A stretch of 64,000 nt of DNA from Phoronis australis (lineage: Eukaryota; Animalia; Phoronida): positions 302,580 to 366,579 of the forward strand of contig NMRA01000023.1 in assembly GCA_002633005.1 (NCBI GenBank). Reading direction: 5' to 3'. Below the pieces are notes generated by a model, which saw nothing but the letters and a program-made list of their open reading frames with translations, was not told the DNA's origin and did not search any database. Both the position numbers and the translations under genes were made by a program. This document shows, in pieces, positions 1 through 12,935 of the stretch (positions within the stretch are counted from its first letter, which is position 1; each line of letters begins with the position of its first letter).

Positions 1-662
1 CAGCTGAGGTCCAGGTCTGCCAGGGCCATGAGGTTACCTTCGCTAATGTAAGGTCCTGTGTGTACATTAAGTCCTACAGAAACTTCAAGTGCCCTAGGTG
101 GTACATTTTTGTCACATTTTGTTCCCATTTACATTTAATTTTATCTTAGGTTTGGAACTGTATGCTCTTAGAAGACCGATTGACTGGCTAGCCAAGTTGT
201 CTCAAGAGAGAACCGAGGGCTGTGTTCGAATCCCAATCGAATTGCATGCTTTTTTCATTTGCAAACGTACTTGCCCAAAATTAATGGTGGCAACAAATGA
301 TGTACACGCAGACGAAGAGAATATGAATCCAACCCATGAAAAGAATCCAGTGCTGACACCTTCACCAGTCGAGTTTGGGCAATTCGACAGGTTCACTAAC
401 CTTTAACAAATCCACCGCAAACTTCAAAGAAACAATCCATCAACTGATGTCATCGTTCTCAGGAAATTAACTTTGGTAATCAAGCGTGAAATTGTCCATC
501 ATAAACATTATCATAAATACCGGGGAAGGGGGCGATAATGGAACTTAAAATTTTCATTTTAAAGTTAGCATGTTTGAATAGTTCGTGGAAAGTACATGCT
601 TTAAAAATGGTTGTATTGCGGTAGACAAAAAATAAAGAAGAATACGTGTAAATACGTTTAGA

Positions 663-735
663 TTGTGGTTAGAACCCGCGACACAGGTTTGATGTCTCAT
701 TTTTCGCAGCGCGCTTCCCCACTAAGTCATCGAGT
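663..735 (-). mobile_element. tRNA-derived SINE-like head (Pol III A/B boxes), degenerate
   Basis: Minus strand reads ctcgaTGACTTAGTGGggaagcgcg...gtcgcgGGTTCTAACCa, i.e. an A-box-like and a B-box-like motif; no complete cloverleaf. Confidence 0.35.
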
Positions 736-1739
736 GAGAGACACATGCTGTGTGTGGCATGCTGTGTATTGTTATGTATGTTCGGTTGGAAGAAAATCTG
801 GTTGTTACCGATTCTTTCTTCTTATTTAGTTTTTTGTAAACTTCAGGTGTGTTTGTGTCATTGGTGTTTTTGAGTACATAAAGTGAGTCATCTTTTTGAG
901 CAGGTTAGTGGAAACTGATTGCACTCTTCTTATTGTTAAGGTTCAAACTGTGTGATTTTAGAATGTTCTAATGTCTGATACTATTTTGTGCAGTGGTTAG
1001 CATATGCCATTAGACAGATAATGTGAGATTTTGTTGTGTGATTACTTTTGTTGTGGTTTATTTGTTTTTACATTAATGTTGCCATTACAGTCACTTATCT
1101 AGTTGAATAGCAGCATACTTTACATTAAATCGGAACGTTTCGGTAGTTAATTATTGTGCGTCGTATATCACTATGGTGTAGTTTGGATTAAAACGTTGCT
1201 ATTGTGATGTGTAGATGCGTAATGATTGGTACTATACATTTGTTTGTCAATGAATGTGGTGCGAAATGTATTATAACAAAGTCGATTATCAGCTATAAGA
1301 AACGCTGTGACTGGATTTCGTGACTCGTTTGTGGTGTCAGTTTTTATTACTTTAAGCTGCCGTTGCGCCAAAGTTGGAACTTCAATCACTATACCATACA
1401 CGTTTTTATCACAGAACAGCTCATAATAATTTCTGCTCATTTGGTCAGGACTGTTGATGGAACTACTTTTAGTGAAGCGTCGGTCGCGTTGAGTATTGAA
1501 GGCTCTTCAAACTTTATAAACGTCGTGGTGTGACAAACTTATTTTGGCGGCAAAAATCTGTCATGCTGCAACACTGAAAGAACTTGTGATTGTGGAGAGC
1601 TGCATTCAGTTCGGAAGACATTTAACCTGGCAATCATCAACGTCGGCCACCCATCCTTAGGCTTACTAATAGTCGTGATATCGTACTTTCTGCTGTGGGT
1701 CGAGACAAAGTCGTGTAGAACGTATAGTAATTTTAGACA

Positions 1740-2090
1740 CAGCTTTGAGGGCTACTGGTTGATGCAAATTTAAGTATAGCATGTGTTCAAGGCAGGTTCG
1801 CCTGTCCAATTTATCATGGTCGATCGCGGATGTTTGGGTCTGTTTGGTGATGAATTCGAATCATTCTTCCGTAAAATACAGACATGAAAGACAGCTATGT
1901 GTTCTACTTTTAGACTTGCGATTTTTTCAGTTCTAAGCTCACGTTATCCCAGCCCGTGCCTCGGAGCCCGATCAGGCTCATCGCGGCCGCCGGGACTGGA
2001 CATCACGAACATAAACCACCTCAAGTTGGAAACTAAGCCTCCAGTCACGAAAAGACTATAATGAGCCGAAGAAACAATGTGCCCGTAAAT
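1740..2090 (-). pseudogene. possible highly decayed THAP-domain relic
   Basis: Minus-strand fragments HCFFGS..LSF, LSCLYFTEE*F (cf. THAP C-x-x-HF-x-x-x-x-F) and LKAVS (cf. AVP); several stops and frameshifts. Confidence 0.25.
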
Positions 2091-2571
2091 ATTTTGGTGA
2101 AATAATCGCGAAACTGCAAATCTACTTACTTGTCGGGGGCCGCGACGTCAAGTTACCCTTTTACGGAACCGTCAGGGCAGAAGTTGTACAGTAATAATGA
2201 TGAGAAAAATGTTTTTGTTTATCTAAATAAATATTTCCCTAACATGTGACCATAGCATATAAAATCGAGTTATTCTTTCACAACAGCTTTCTGTCAGCAA
2301 ACACTGAATTAGCATGAGCTCACACCGGGCGGCCTCGGTGCCCGGTCAATTACCTTTATTGCATCTGAAGCCGGTAACGTAGTGGTTTATTCATTGCTGA
2401 CCTCTCAAAACATTTGCACTCACGAATACTCGAAAGGCATTACAAATTGTATGTAATGAGACAGACTTTGTTTCTGTATTATAAAAGCATTGGTTAGGGT
2501 GAGAATAGTTCATTTTGAAACAGAACGCAGAATAATAAACGTCAACATCCTGGCAACTCGCAATACCGGCC

Positions 2572-2722
2572 GACTTGTACGAGAGCTCATCCGACGAAGA
2601 CTTCGCAGGTGGGTCGCTAAGTTTCAAAGCCTATCATTTCGAACCGGAATACAGTGAACAAGAAATACTAGAGAGGCGCCGTGAACATGCGCAGGCAACG
2701 GAACGTATGGGTAGTTTTTTGG
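2572..2722 (+). pseudogene. 5' exon relic of a P2X7-C-terminal/ballast-like (Kolobok KolX-type) gene
   Basis: Translates DLYESSSDEDFAGGSLSFKAYHFEPEYSEQEILERRREHAQATERMGSF followed by GTAAG. The acidic leader plus (P)Y-x-FEP motif resembles the N-terminus of Cys-rich P2X7-ballast-like TE proteins (recognised from memory). Confidence 0.4.
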
Positions 2723-2751
2723 TAAGCCGGCATTAGCTTGTCAGGCTCACT

Positions 2752-2945
2752 GTCAACGACTGCCGGCCACAGACACGGAGATGTTTCACGGCCTCATACT
2801 TGCTATTAACAGCGTACTTTTCATTCTTCACAACCGCGAGTCACTTCCTAAGCATTTTGGACTCTCGAGGAAGTCGAAAAAACGATATACCCGCTTTCCT
2901 CGCAGGTGCATAGTTCGGACAAGCGGGAACGATGCAGCGCAACAT
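2752..2945 (-). pseudogene. THAP zinc-finger relic (transposase N-terminus)
   Basis: ATG at 2945: MLRCIVPACPNYAPARKAGISFFRLPRESKMLRK*LAVVKNEKYAVNSKYEAVKHLRVCGR. This is a C2CH THAP pattern with the conserved W mutated to TGA. Confidence 0.7.
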
Positions 2946-3904
2946 AGCGGCATTCACTTTGCAAATGAACCACTGACGTCGCTGCGTCGTTTCTCACCTT
3001 CTTCACAGGTTAACGCGACACCTCTCGGCAAGGTAAGGTCGACTGTATAAGAGGCGATGTGGATATAGACCGATTAAGACGATAAAAAAGACTAATTAAA
3101 TCGGGTGGCATTCTCCTTTAAGTCTAATTCTGTCGTCGACCACTTAATCGACTTGAGCCTCGCTCCAGTGACTATCGTCGTCCACTCCCTGAACTTTTTC
3201 GCCTACTCTCACTTCGAAATGGTTGACTTGGAGGAAACAGCTACTCAGAACACATTACACGCAGCTACACAGCACATGCGCGGAGAAACTGGAAGTTAGA
3301 CAATCATTTCACTGCATGATATGCTAAAACACTTGTCGAGTTTCAAAACAAATCGTAACATTACTTTTTTCATTGAAATTTATTTCAAATTAATTTCTCT
3401 ACAGACTGCTATATGTACCTTTGTTGATAAATAGTTAGTATAAGTCACTTTGAAAATGTTTGTTTCGAAAACAGTGACGCTCGTAGTAAAACTGGATAGA
3501 CAGTCAAGCCAGCTGATCTGAATTGTAGCTATCTAACAGAAAACTTGGCCAATTTTTATGAGGAAAGTAACGAAGGACTTTAAAATCGGCTGTTTTCGTC
3601 CACAACAAATGGCAACAATGAGATCAAATCTTATTTCTTCAGGCAACTCTTAACGGTGTCAGACTAAAGAACGTTACAGAGCAATCACGCGGAAGGGTTT
3701 GCAGTTATCTTACCGTCCAGAACTGCCCGCCTGCCATCTCTGGACGGTCTATCACGACAACAAATGTTATGCAATAGATATTTACTATCACCAGCCTTGT
3801 TTCATACACGTGGTTAGGTTTTTGAATTTTGAAAATCAGACAAGAAATGTGATTTGATAATCTAAACCTAGTAGACCACAGCCAGTATTCTGTTTCATTA
3901 ATTC

Positions 3905-5346
3905 AGATTGTTCTAAAACCACCTCGACCCCCACGACCCCCTCAACCCATGNNNNNNNNNNCCCTCGACCGAACACCTACAACCCCCTGAATCCAGTTTA
4001 CACATCGGCCAGAATAACGCAGGCATACAGGGAAGATACATCTCCATAAAAAGTTACTAATTTCAAAATAAAGCAAATAAAATCGAATGAAACATGCATA
4101 TATCCACATGGAGTTATAATTAACACATACCATGACTCTGTATACAATTTAGTCAACATAACTTGAAGATACCCATGAAAATCTGTCGCGGTTCACTCGA
4201 GGTTCTCTCACCGGGTGCCATTTTGAGGAAGTCACGTGAAATCACGCCTGTTGACGAACAAAAAGTCCAAAAAACACAAATCTTACAAATTTCACCTGAT
4301 ACCTTCCCACGCTATTTTGCAAGTTTCACGCGCCAGCGTCACGCGCTTTGCTCAGTCTCTGGCTAGCCTTTGCCTAACTCACGTGGCTTATTTGAAATAC
4401 TTTGTGGTTATCGCGCGCGCGGTGAAAAAAATTAACGGTGACCAAAAAGTGGAGTTGGAATTCTTCACCAAATTCACCTTAATTCTCGTAACTTAGCTTA
4501 TGTGTAGAAGCAGAAAGGATCATTGAAGAAAGTAAGCGCTGTGATAGTTTAAATGTAGAATGTATTTTGACGAGGTACAAACTCTGAATCCGTGAGCGGA
4601 TTTCGCCACGGGACGAAATTAATACAGAAAGCGATGAGAAGTATTGTAGCACCTAACCGACCAACCGAGGGGCTACGTGTTGCTTAGTTAACGCAAGTTC
4701 GACTCGATCTGAAATAGAACAAGCACTGACTTGCAGGACCAATGGGTTGAACCGTGAGCTCGGCTGGATTTCCCTGTTTTTTGCAATAAAGAGAGTCGAT
4801 TCGGCAAGTTTGAAAGCTAAAACCAAAAAAAAACGCGACCAAATCAAAGACCTACCAACGTTACAAATGTCGTTCCCGGCAGAGCGTAATCGTCTCGTCT
4901 GCTCTTCAGTGAATGGCAGATTCAACCTTTTTGTGGAGAGTGCGAGGAACCGACAAAACTAATTTCATCAGCAAATGCATTTCAAAAAAAAACAAACTGT
5001 TAAAGAGTATACAATCAAATAATAAAATTGTGAAATTATGTACATTCACGTTAACGTACTCTCTTCCTACGTTAAGCAGAACTGGACCATTGGTAGCCGC
5101 TCGTGGAACTATTTCCGTGGCAACGATAGCGCGTTCACAATGCGCTATTTCAGATCACGTTCTCACGCCACCTTCTGTTGTTAATCACCAGGCTTGAGCC
5201 ACAGCAGACTCGCGTGTAGGATGTCTTATGGGAAAGTCACTCACCTACGTAATAAGACTATGAAACATGTAAAAAGCGCAAAATGTCTCTATTGCCACAG
5301 GTCGTGGGTCGAGGGGTGTGGGGGTCAAGAGGTTTTAGAACAATCC
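3905..5346. mobile_element. non-autonomous Mutator/MULE-like DNA transposon
   Basis: TIR core GATTGTTCTAAAACC (3906-3920) pairs with GGTTTTAGAACAATC (5331-5345) and continues into CCCCACGACCCC-type subterminal repeats. A 9-bp TSD CATTAATTC lies at 3896-3904 and 5347-5355. A small N gap is inside. Confidence 0.75.
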
Positions 5347-6899
5347 CATTAATTCTACTAGGCGCGCAACATCAATGGGGCCATTACCAAAGGTCATAAA
5401 CCCACAGTTGGAAATTAAGGAAAGTCAAGTGTCGTTGTACGTTGCTACCTCCCTTAGTTTTGTGTGGCAGCAGGCACCTCAACGCACGTTTCGACGTCGA
5501 AATGCACAACACTTGAATCACAGAAAGTCACTGGGGCTGCAAATATTGGCATTGTAATTATGTGCTCACACAACGTTCCCGTATCCCATGTCTTGTTTAC
5601 ACTTCAACTTCGCTACCTTTGCACTGACTGCGTCTTGATTTGATAAGTTATCGTCCTGGTTTCTCGATAATATTTAACCCCAGACGTCAGCGGCGGTGGG
5701 AGTATCTCATACATACTACAGGCCCTGTAGCTCGCAAGGTAAGAAGTAAAAGTGGAGGAAGAGGTGCCTTACTATTCATATCGAAGTGGGCTTTGATGCT
5801 GACAATTATTGAACAGTTGGAAATATCGATATTGTCTCCATAGCAGCACTTTCAATGTCTAAAAAAACGAGGAGTGGGGCACGCTCAAACAAACTGGGCC
5901 GACTGTGCTTTGTTTCAACAGGCATAATTTTAGAAGCCTTCCTCAGTCCGCGTCATAGGCCAAAAGCAATTTCATTGACGCACTGTTTATGCATTTGGGG
6001 GGATTGGAGGAGCGCAAGGGATTGGGTGACGTTACTGCCGGCCGCCCTTTTTAATCCGGATCGTAAATCTCAGAAGTCATTCCGATGCCTGAGATTTTCA
6101 GTTTTGACGACCTCAGATTTCTTTTGGCGACCTGGTATTTTCGCCAGGCCACCAAGTGCCATTGGACGTTAAGCTTGACTGACGTCAGGGTTAAACCATG
6201 GCAAACGACATAGGCGTGGGGCTGGGGCAAAATCAGCGAAACACGGAGAAGAGGGGAAATTCAAGAGAACAATGAATGATTTACCTTTTGGGGGCACTGG
6301 CCAGGACATTGTTTTAGGGGGCTCCTAATTTGCATCATAGGTCGTCCAAAATCACTTGAAAATGTGCACTTCATCATAATCATTCACACATGTATTTCGA
6401 AAAAAAGAGAAAATTTGTAGTGCAGCTTTTGCAAAGCGTATTAATTCACCGGGTTTTTAAAATCAATAAGACAATATGGCGAATGCAAATTATGTTTGCA
6501 GAGGCCCCTGTATGGCAAGGGTTGATGGAGACTATTTTTTCGATTTTTTCTCAAAATCTTGTATCACTTGATGAAAATTGATGACCTGACAGATAGCATC
6601 AATTCCTGTGCATTTTCTCCAGGCTTTTGAGGGGCCTAGGCCTTGAAGGGGGAGCCATTGATGACAATCAAGTGCCCATCGTGATTTAACTGATAAAATC
6701 TTAAGGGGCCACTCACGAAGAGAGGGCCCAATGTTAGAATCGATTACATCTGTTTTTCTTGTTTGTGTTAAATTATACAACCTTTCTTGTTGAGAAAGGT
6801 CACCTTCTTGCAGGCTCACACGACGATGGAATTAACTGGCAATTTTTTCCATGCTTAATGGTGTTTGGCCTTCCATCTCAAGAGGTCTCCGCTCAGACA

Positions 6900-8300
6900 A
6901 GGCCCTCTCTCGGTGGGGCGCTTCAGGGAATTGTCCCTTCGTCCCTAAATTCATGTAAATTCGACACTGCCACGTTTTCACGAACGATAATTTAGCTTCT
7001 GTATTCATAAAAAATCATGGACACCACAGCAAGACATTCGACCCAAAAAATGTGAAAAACAATAGGATTGACCATCATCGAAAGGATGGAAGTTTGAAGA
7101 ACGTGAAGACCACCAGATGTGAATTACACAAGATGACTATTTCCTGTGGTTAGTTATGAAATATTGTTACTTTTTCCCATAGTATCAGAAGAATAGTATT
7201 TATTTTGAAGATATTTTCTATGAGTTGTTTGTAAGGCTGCGGGGGAGTGATTTTTGATGACCGCGTAGAACTCGCAATCGTAAAGATATTAGCGATTTTT
7301 GGAGTTTAACTCGTAAACCATTATTGGTTCTGAAATGAACAAAAGTACAAGTTAACGCGAATAAGTCGTGAACATTTTTGGGGAATCCTCAAACTCCTAT
7401 GTTCCCTGTTTATGAGTCAAAAACCTGCGAGCATGCCTTCGGAAATTACTTATAACATTCCATTTTGATAAACAAATTCGTTGGTTTTTGATTTTCATGT
7501 TTATGTATCTACGGAAATTGACGGATTCATAGATTATTTTTGACAATTAGAAGCCAATCTTTTTAGAAGCGATGAGGCTTGAGTGAATTTAGTTGCAGCC
7601 TGAAGTTGGAAAAGTCTCTAGTATAATCCGATCCCTAAATAGTAAAATACACTGACACGACTTTTGCCTATCTAAAATAACTCTCGATAAAATTAATGAA
7701 ATTCGGACAGTTGTGCATGTTGTCGTAAAATATAATTACAACTCAGATGACAATAGATGCACTGTTTAGGCTTAGGTACAATATTTGTGGTCAGGAGCAG
7801 GTGATCAAAAAGGAATTAAGTCATTAACTGAAAGTAGACGCATTGTTCATGGAACCGATTGCCTCAACTTTCTTGTTTTTGTGAAATTGCACAACTCTTT
7901 ATGTTAAGGAAGTTAGGTCACTTTTGGAGGGTCATAGGGGGATGGAATATGTTGTCATTCCTCTTCATGTTTAATAATTTTAGGCCATTCAAGTTGAGGG
8001 ATCCCCTTTCAGACGGAGTGCTCACTAGTAGAGGCGGCCGTGGGTAATTGCCCCTTTTTGTCGGGCCTCTGTAAACCCGGCACCGTCAACTATTCATGAG
8101 GTGAAGAAGATACTAGTCCAATATCATCGAAAAAATACCATACATATTTGTGCAAAGCACAGCAATATCAAGACATTCGGCCCAAACAATTAAAAACGAT
8201 TGTATTGAAAAATACATTAGGGTAGACCGCCCTGGAAAGGCTGGAAGTGTGCACAGCTAGTGAAGGTCACTGTGAATTACATAAAAGTGATATTTCCTAA
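6900..8300. repeat. old diverged direct duplication (~6900-7150 vs ~8000-8300) including a GC-rich MITE-like end
   Basis: Shared blocks caagacattcg.ccca, gaaagg.tggaagt and tgtgaattaca...tatttcct occur in both places. Confidence 0.4.
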
Positions 8301-9776
8301 TGACTTTATAACGAAAAGCCCATTCTAACTCTCCGTGAAACTTCGTTGATTCACGGCTACTCGTATCCTGATGGCTGTATACCCGGGATCACCCCCTGCC
8401 CCTCTTATGACGGGTACGTAGGGGGTCGTTACAAATTTGGAGGCATTCGGAGAGCGGGCTGTGTGGGGATGCAGATGGTGGCAACAGGAAAGGGAGTAAT
8501 TTGGTCATATCTATATCATTTGACTCACGAAAAGATGAACAGCAATCACCGAAAGGATTCAATGAGTCATGCAGAGACCCCGTATGCGCTACCTTTCACC
8601 GCTCACTTTCAAAGGCATGATTCTAGCTAATAAAGTGACCTTTCCCAAATCTAGTCGGATCCTAATACATTTACTCCCCTAGGTTTTCATTTTCACTCTT
8701 CAAAATAAAAGAAACTACAACCAAAGTTTTCAGTCGATTTTCCGCCGTACTGGTCGAAGGTCTAGAGACAAATACATTGCGACTTGTTACCTGGACATCG
8801 GAAGTGATCTGTTACATCCATACCTGTGTCTTTCCAAGTAAAAAAAATCAAAAATTGTACTTATGACTCCAAATTTTGTAAATAAACCATTAGGGTTTCA
8901 AGACTTCGGTAAATCTCGAAACCGTATTTCACAAAACTCCTCGCTTAGTTTTATGAATTAGCATTAGGTGGCGAAACCGTAGTTAAGTATCAGTCCACGG
9001 ATCCACCCGCGACCACAGTACAGCCAACAAGCGGCAAGGTGGGGGGTCAACCATTCAGATCCGTGTTTAGTCTGATAAATCACATTAGGGATGAGAGAAA
9101 ATGGGTGAAGTATGACACCACAAAGTTTGGTGGTTTAGGAGACACAAGGGAAGTGTTCTGGGGGGGGGGCAAAATGAGGCAATTTCTGGGTGTGGAATGA
9201 GTCATTTTTGACCAAATTTTCTACTCCAGTTTCTGCTTCAAACAGAATCGTTTCTGAACAATTTTGATATCACATGATAGGTTCATGATCAATGTCAATA
9301 AAAACGGCGCCGACACTGCAATATCGGTTACCATGGTAACACTGGAACTGTTTCCGTAGAGGTACGTTTCCGTCTTGTGAAAAACCAGCAGTAAGCTGTA
9401 CCCTTATAGCGAAGCTGCCCCCACGAGAAAACTAAAAATAATAACATGAACATGTAGAAGACTCCATGCCCTTGAAATTAATACAATAAAAACTTTGTCA
9501 GCCCTTCAGGCAGGCTTGGTAATAGGTGTCTGAATTTCACTATTTTCAGACCGCGTATGTGTATTTGTCATGTTAAACCAGTCACTAGTTGTGCGCCGTT
9601 TCTACGCATTAATATGCCGTGGTATAATACAACAATTAAAACAATTGGTTTGCTTAAATGTTTTTAATTAATTTTAAGGACACTAGAATTTCCCAATAAA
9701 ATATGAAATTATACTAAATTTGTTCATCCAATTCGTCTGAATACCAAACTAAAGCTTACAATGCGTTAGTTGAATG

Positions 9777-11200
9777 ATGGCTGACCTAAAGTGCGGGTTT
9801 GCGAATTTATCCATTTATCTGCCACTGCCAGTCGCATCAAATGTTGTATTTCTACAAATTGCGGAAACAACTTTGGAAACTCTAGCGAAATGCACAAGGT
9901 ATAGAGCGAGACATTTGACAGCACCTTATAAGAGTACGTGGAGCTCATGTGGAGGTGGAACGTGTCCTCCTGAGTAGTCTGTCTCAGTGTCTGCCTCGGA
10001 GGCACTGTGTGCAGCAGGAGCTACATAATCTACCGTATTAGGTTCACTTGCCCGAATCATCGTTACAACACTCGAGGCGTCGCCAAAGACACTTAGAACA
10101 TCCACTGCACACTACAGGAGAAATCTGATAGAGGTCTGAAAAATGACCAAAGACGTCAAGTCAAGGTTCAACGTCCTGTTCGTGTGAGCTCAGGTAGGAA
10201 TCACTAAACTCCAGGGTCTGACCCTGAGGAATATTTTAGAAGCACGTCATTCATGCAAAAATACTTTTATTGACACACCGTGATTGGTTATAACTTGGGC
10301 CTTATTGCTTAATCATATCTTATTGAAATGTGTTGACGTTTATGCTACTACATGTATACATTGGCATAGAAAATAGGTAGTCATCATAACTTTTCATAAC
10401 AACCACCAAATGTGTAACATGACTTCTGCCCATGAACTACTTTTATAGACTAGGGAGTATGTTTTGTCTACTAATGATTTTCTGTGATTATGAAGTTAAT
10501 TAAACATGCTAAAGCCCTCAAAAATATTGGTGTCTTCACTTAGCTTGGTATTCATATTTTGTGAGCCAAAATGGCCACATTAAATTTAATATGTTTNCTA
10601 AGTTTCAAAACAATCGGTGATTTTGGGTATAGACTCTACCTGTTGGTTTTTATATGGAGTCACTCTTAATATGTTTAATTTTTCATTAATACAATTTTAG
10701 GAATCAGGAAAGGCTTCTGCTGAAGTTGGAGACTTGCCGATTATTAGTAAAGGTTGGGTATGGAAAAGTCCACAACCAGCAAGAAGGTACCCTTCTGGAC
10801 AACAAAGTGAGGGGGCTAGAGAGAGGCCGAAAAGTCTACTCCCAGAAGATATGTCAAAGAGAATTTGTAGCTTGAGGAACGAGTTGGGGAAAAAGTATTT
10901 GCCAAAGATTACTGGCTTATACCACAACAGGTCCAAAGTAATTTGTTGAAATAGGCCACTTTCAGCAAATGTGGGGAAACTGGGACAGAGGAAGTGGAGT
11001 ATGCATTGAAAGAGGCAATCTGCGATTGTCAAGGATGTACTGTAGCATTGTAAAAATTCAAAGGGAGGAAACAGTACAGTGGCTGGACCTGTAAATACTC
11101 TGGCTGATCTGCTAAATCCAGTGGAGGCATTATTGTATCAGCACAGCTGTGTAGGGAAGTCGGTAGGCTTGTGTGTTGTCGCAAGCTTTGTTTGCACCAG
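9777..11200 (+). pseudogene. internally deleted, frameshifted transposase relic of the TTAA element
   Basis: N-terminal MADLKCGFA..LAKCTR..RHL....CPNHRY (C/H-rich). After a splice acceptor at ~10700: KGWVWKSPQPARRY...TPEDMSKRI.SLRNELGKKVFAKDYWL.PQQVQS ... HSC. These resemble the termini of large Sola3-type transposases (from memory, unverified). Confidence 0.45.
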
Positions 11201-12935
11201 AACTGATTGTGTGAACAGCACAAATCTAAAATTTACCTACTCTAAGACTGAATTTTTGTCCAGGCACGGATCATGATCCTTGACCACATGGTAATGGTAC
11301 ATTGTTCATTTTGTTTAGCCAATGGATTTTTTGGTCTGACAGGATTTCTCAGTGTAGCCATCACATTTAGATGATTTCTGACCACTGTACTATTCATTTT
11401 CCTTGAAGATGCGTAATTTATCTGAATTTATGTTTCCGCATTTTATTTACCATTATAGATTTTTGTTTGTGAATGGGTATATATTACTGAAAGTTGAGAC
11501 CCTGTTGCAGATAGGCTGGTTTTGTTAACTCATCTTTCTGCCTGGGTTGTAAACCCATATTCTGTCCAGGAGGTAATATGTTTTGATTTAGACCATTTAC
11601 CTCTATAAACTTTGCTTAGTTTGTTCCTTATACAGATGGGAAGTGATTTTTGGAATTGTAGCGAATTGACAGCTTGCTATTCCTTGAGACCATGCTGTGT
11701 GTATAAAATCGCACACTATTAGTCTCGTCTCTAGCAATTGCATATTGCCANTGCTTTAATTGTCATTAAAGGATTTATGAATGCGCATTCAGTAGACGAG
11801 CGGCAGCTTAGTTAAGACGTACACGAACTGTTTGCACGAATACGTTTGGAGTCTTGGAAATGGTTTGTATCTGGTAGTGGTCCAGTTGATTAAATGTGTC
11901 GCCAGGGGTTTAACTTACACATGTTGTTGAATAGTCTTAAATTTCACGTTTTTCATTTTGGTTCTTTGCTTACTATGTGCGAATGTGCGCTAGTTAGAGG
12001 TCACCGTTACAGTCTCTTAAAGAACAGCATCTATGAGAGGCAAGAAATTGAAAGCTACATAAGTCTATTTGGTTTTTGAAAAAGTCAGCTCAAACTGTCT
12101 TGAAAGCGGATTAACCTTGTTACACAGTGGAAATTCTACATGTATGGTTCAAAGGGACGATATCGATGATACGACCGAAACACGTATTTTTAGAGTTATT
12201 GTTGGGCGAATTATAGTTCTTGAAGTTATAACTTCTGATCAAAGTTTTAAAACATCAAAATTCATTGTTTTCTTGTGACTTTCTTATAAATCCAGAGTTG
12301 TCTGCCAGCTAAAGACACTGTTTTCACTTTATTTTAGTTAAAACTTCACAGAGCCTATTATAATACAAGTTAGTTCGGTCAAAACTTAAGCCCAGATAAT
12401 GTTCATTTAACATAATTCCAAAGATTTCCGAACTTATCAGAATTTAATTTGAATATTCTAGTTCATTAATTGTTTTTGGCTGTGCAGCACCGCCTTAAAT
12501 AGCCACTGAAGTGTCTGACAGTTGCCTCATGCATTTTGCGTACTCACTCAACTGCCGAAACTGCAATTGATTCACCGCGGAAAATTTCATTGAAAAATAC
12601 ACTAATTGTAAAATAAGAAAAAAAGCGAAGAGGCTTGAGAGTTACGGACTTGTTTATATTTTATCTTAGTGATATCTTTCGATTGAAGAAATCCCTCGGT
12701 GTTCTAAACTGATGAATGTAACGAAAACTTATATTTAATTTCGCTTAAAGAACTGTGGCACTTATCCGAAGGGGGGGGGGGTAGTTGTGTTTTAGAAGCG
12801 CAAGCTGGACGGAATACCCCTTGTGCAAATCTATATGCGCTTGCGCGAAATCTTAGTTCCGCTAGAGCATCATGGGATCGTTTGAGGTTACCGCGTGACT
12901 AAGTCTACAGCTGTTGTTCCGTAAATTTGCGAGTC

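Noticed and set aside
98-1440. Short ORFs at the window start
   Set aside because: No recognisable motifs or consistent splice structure.
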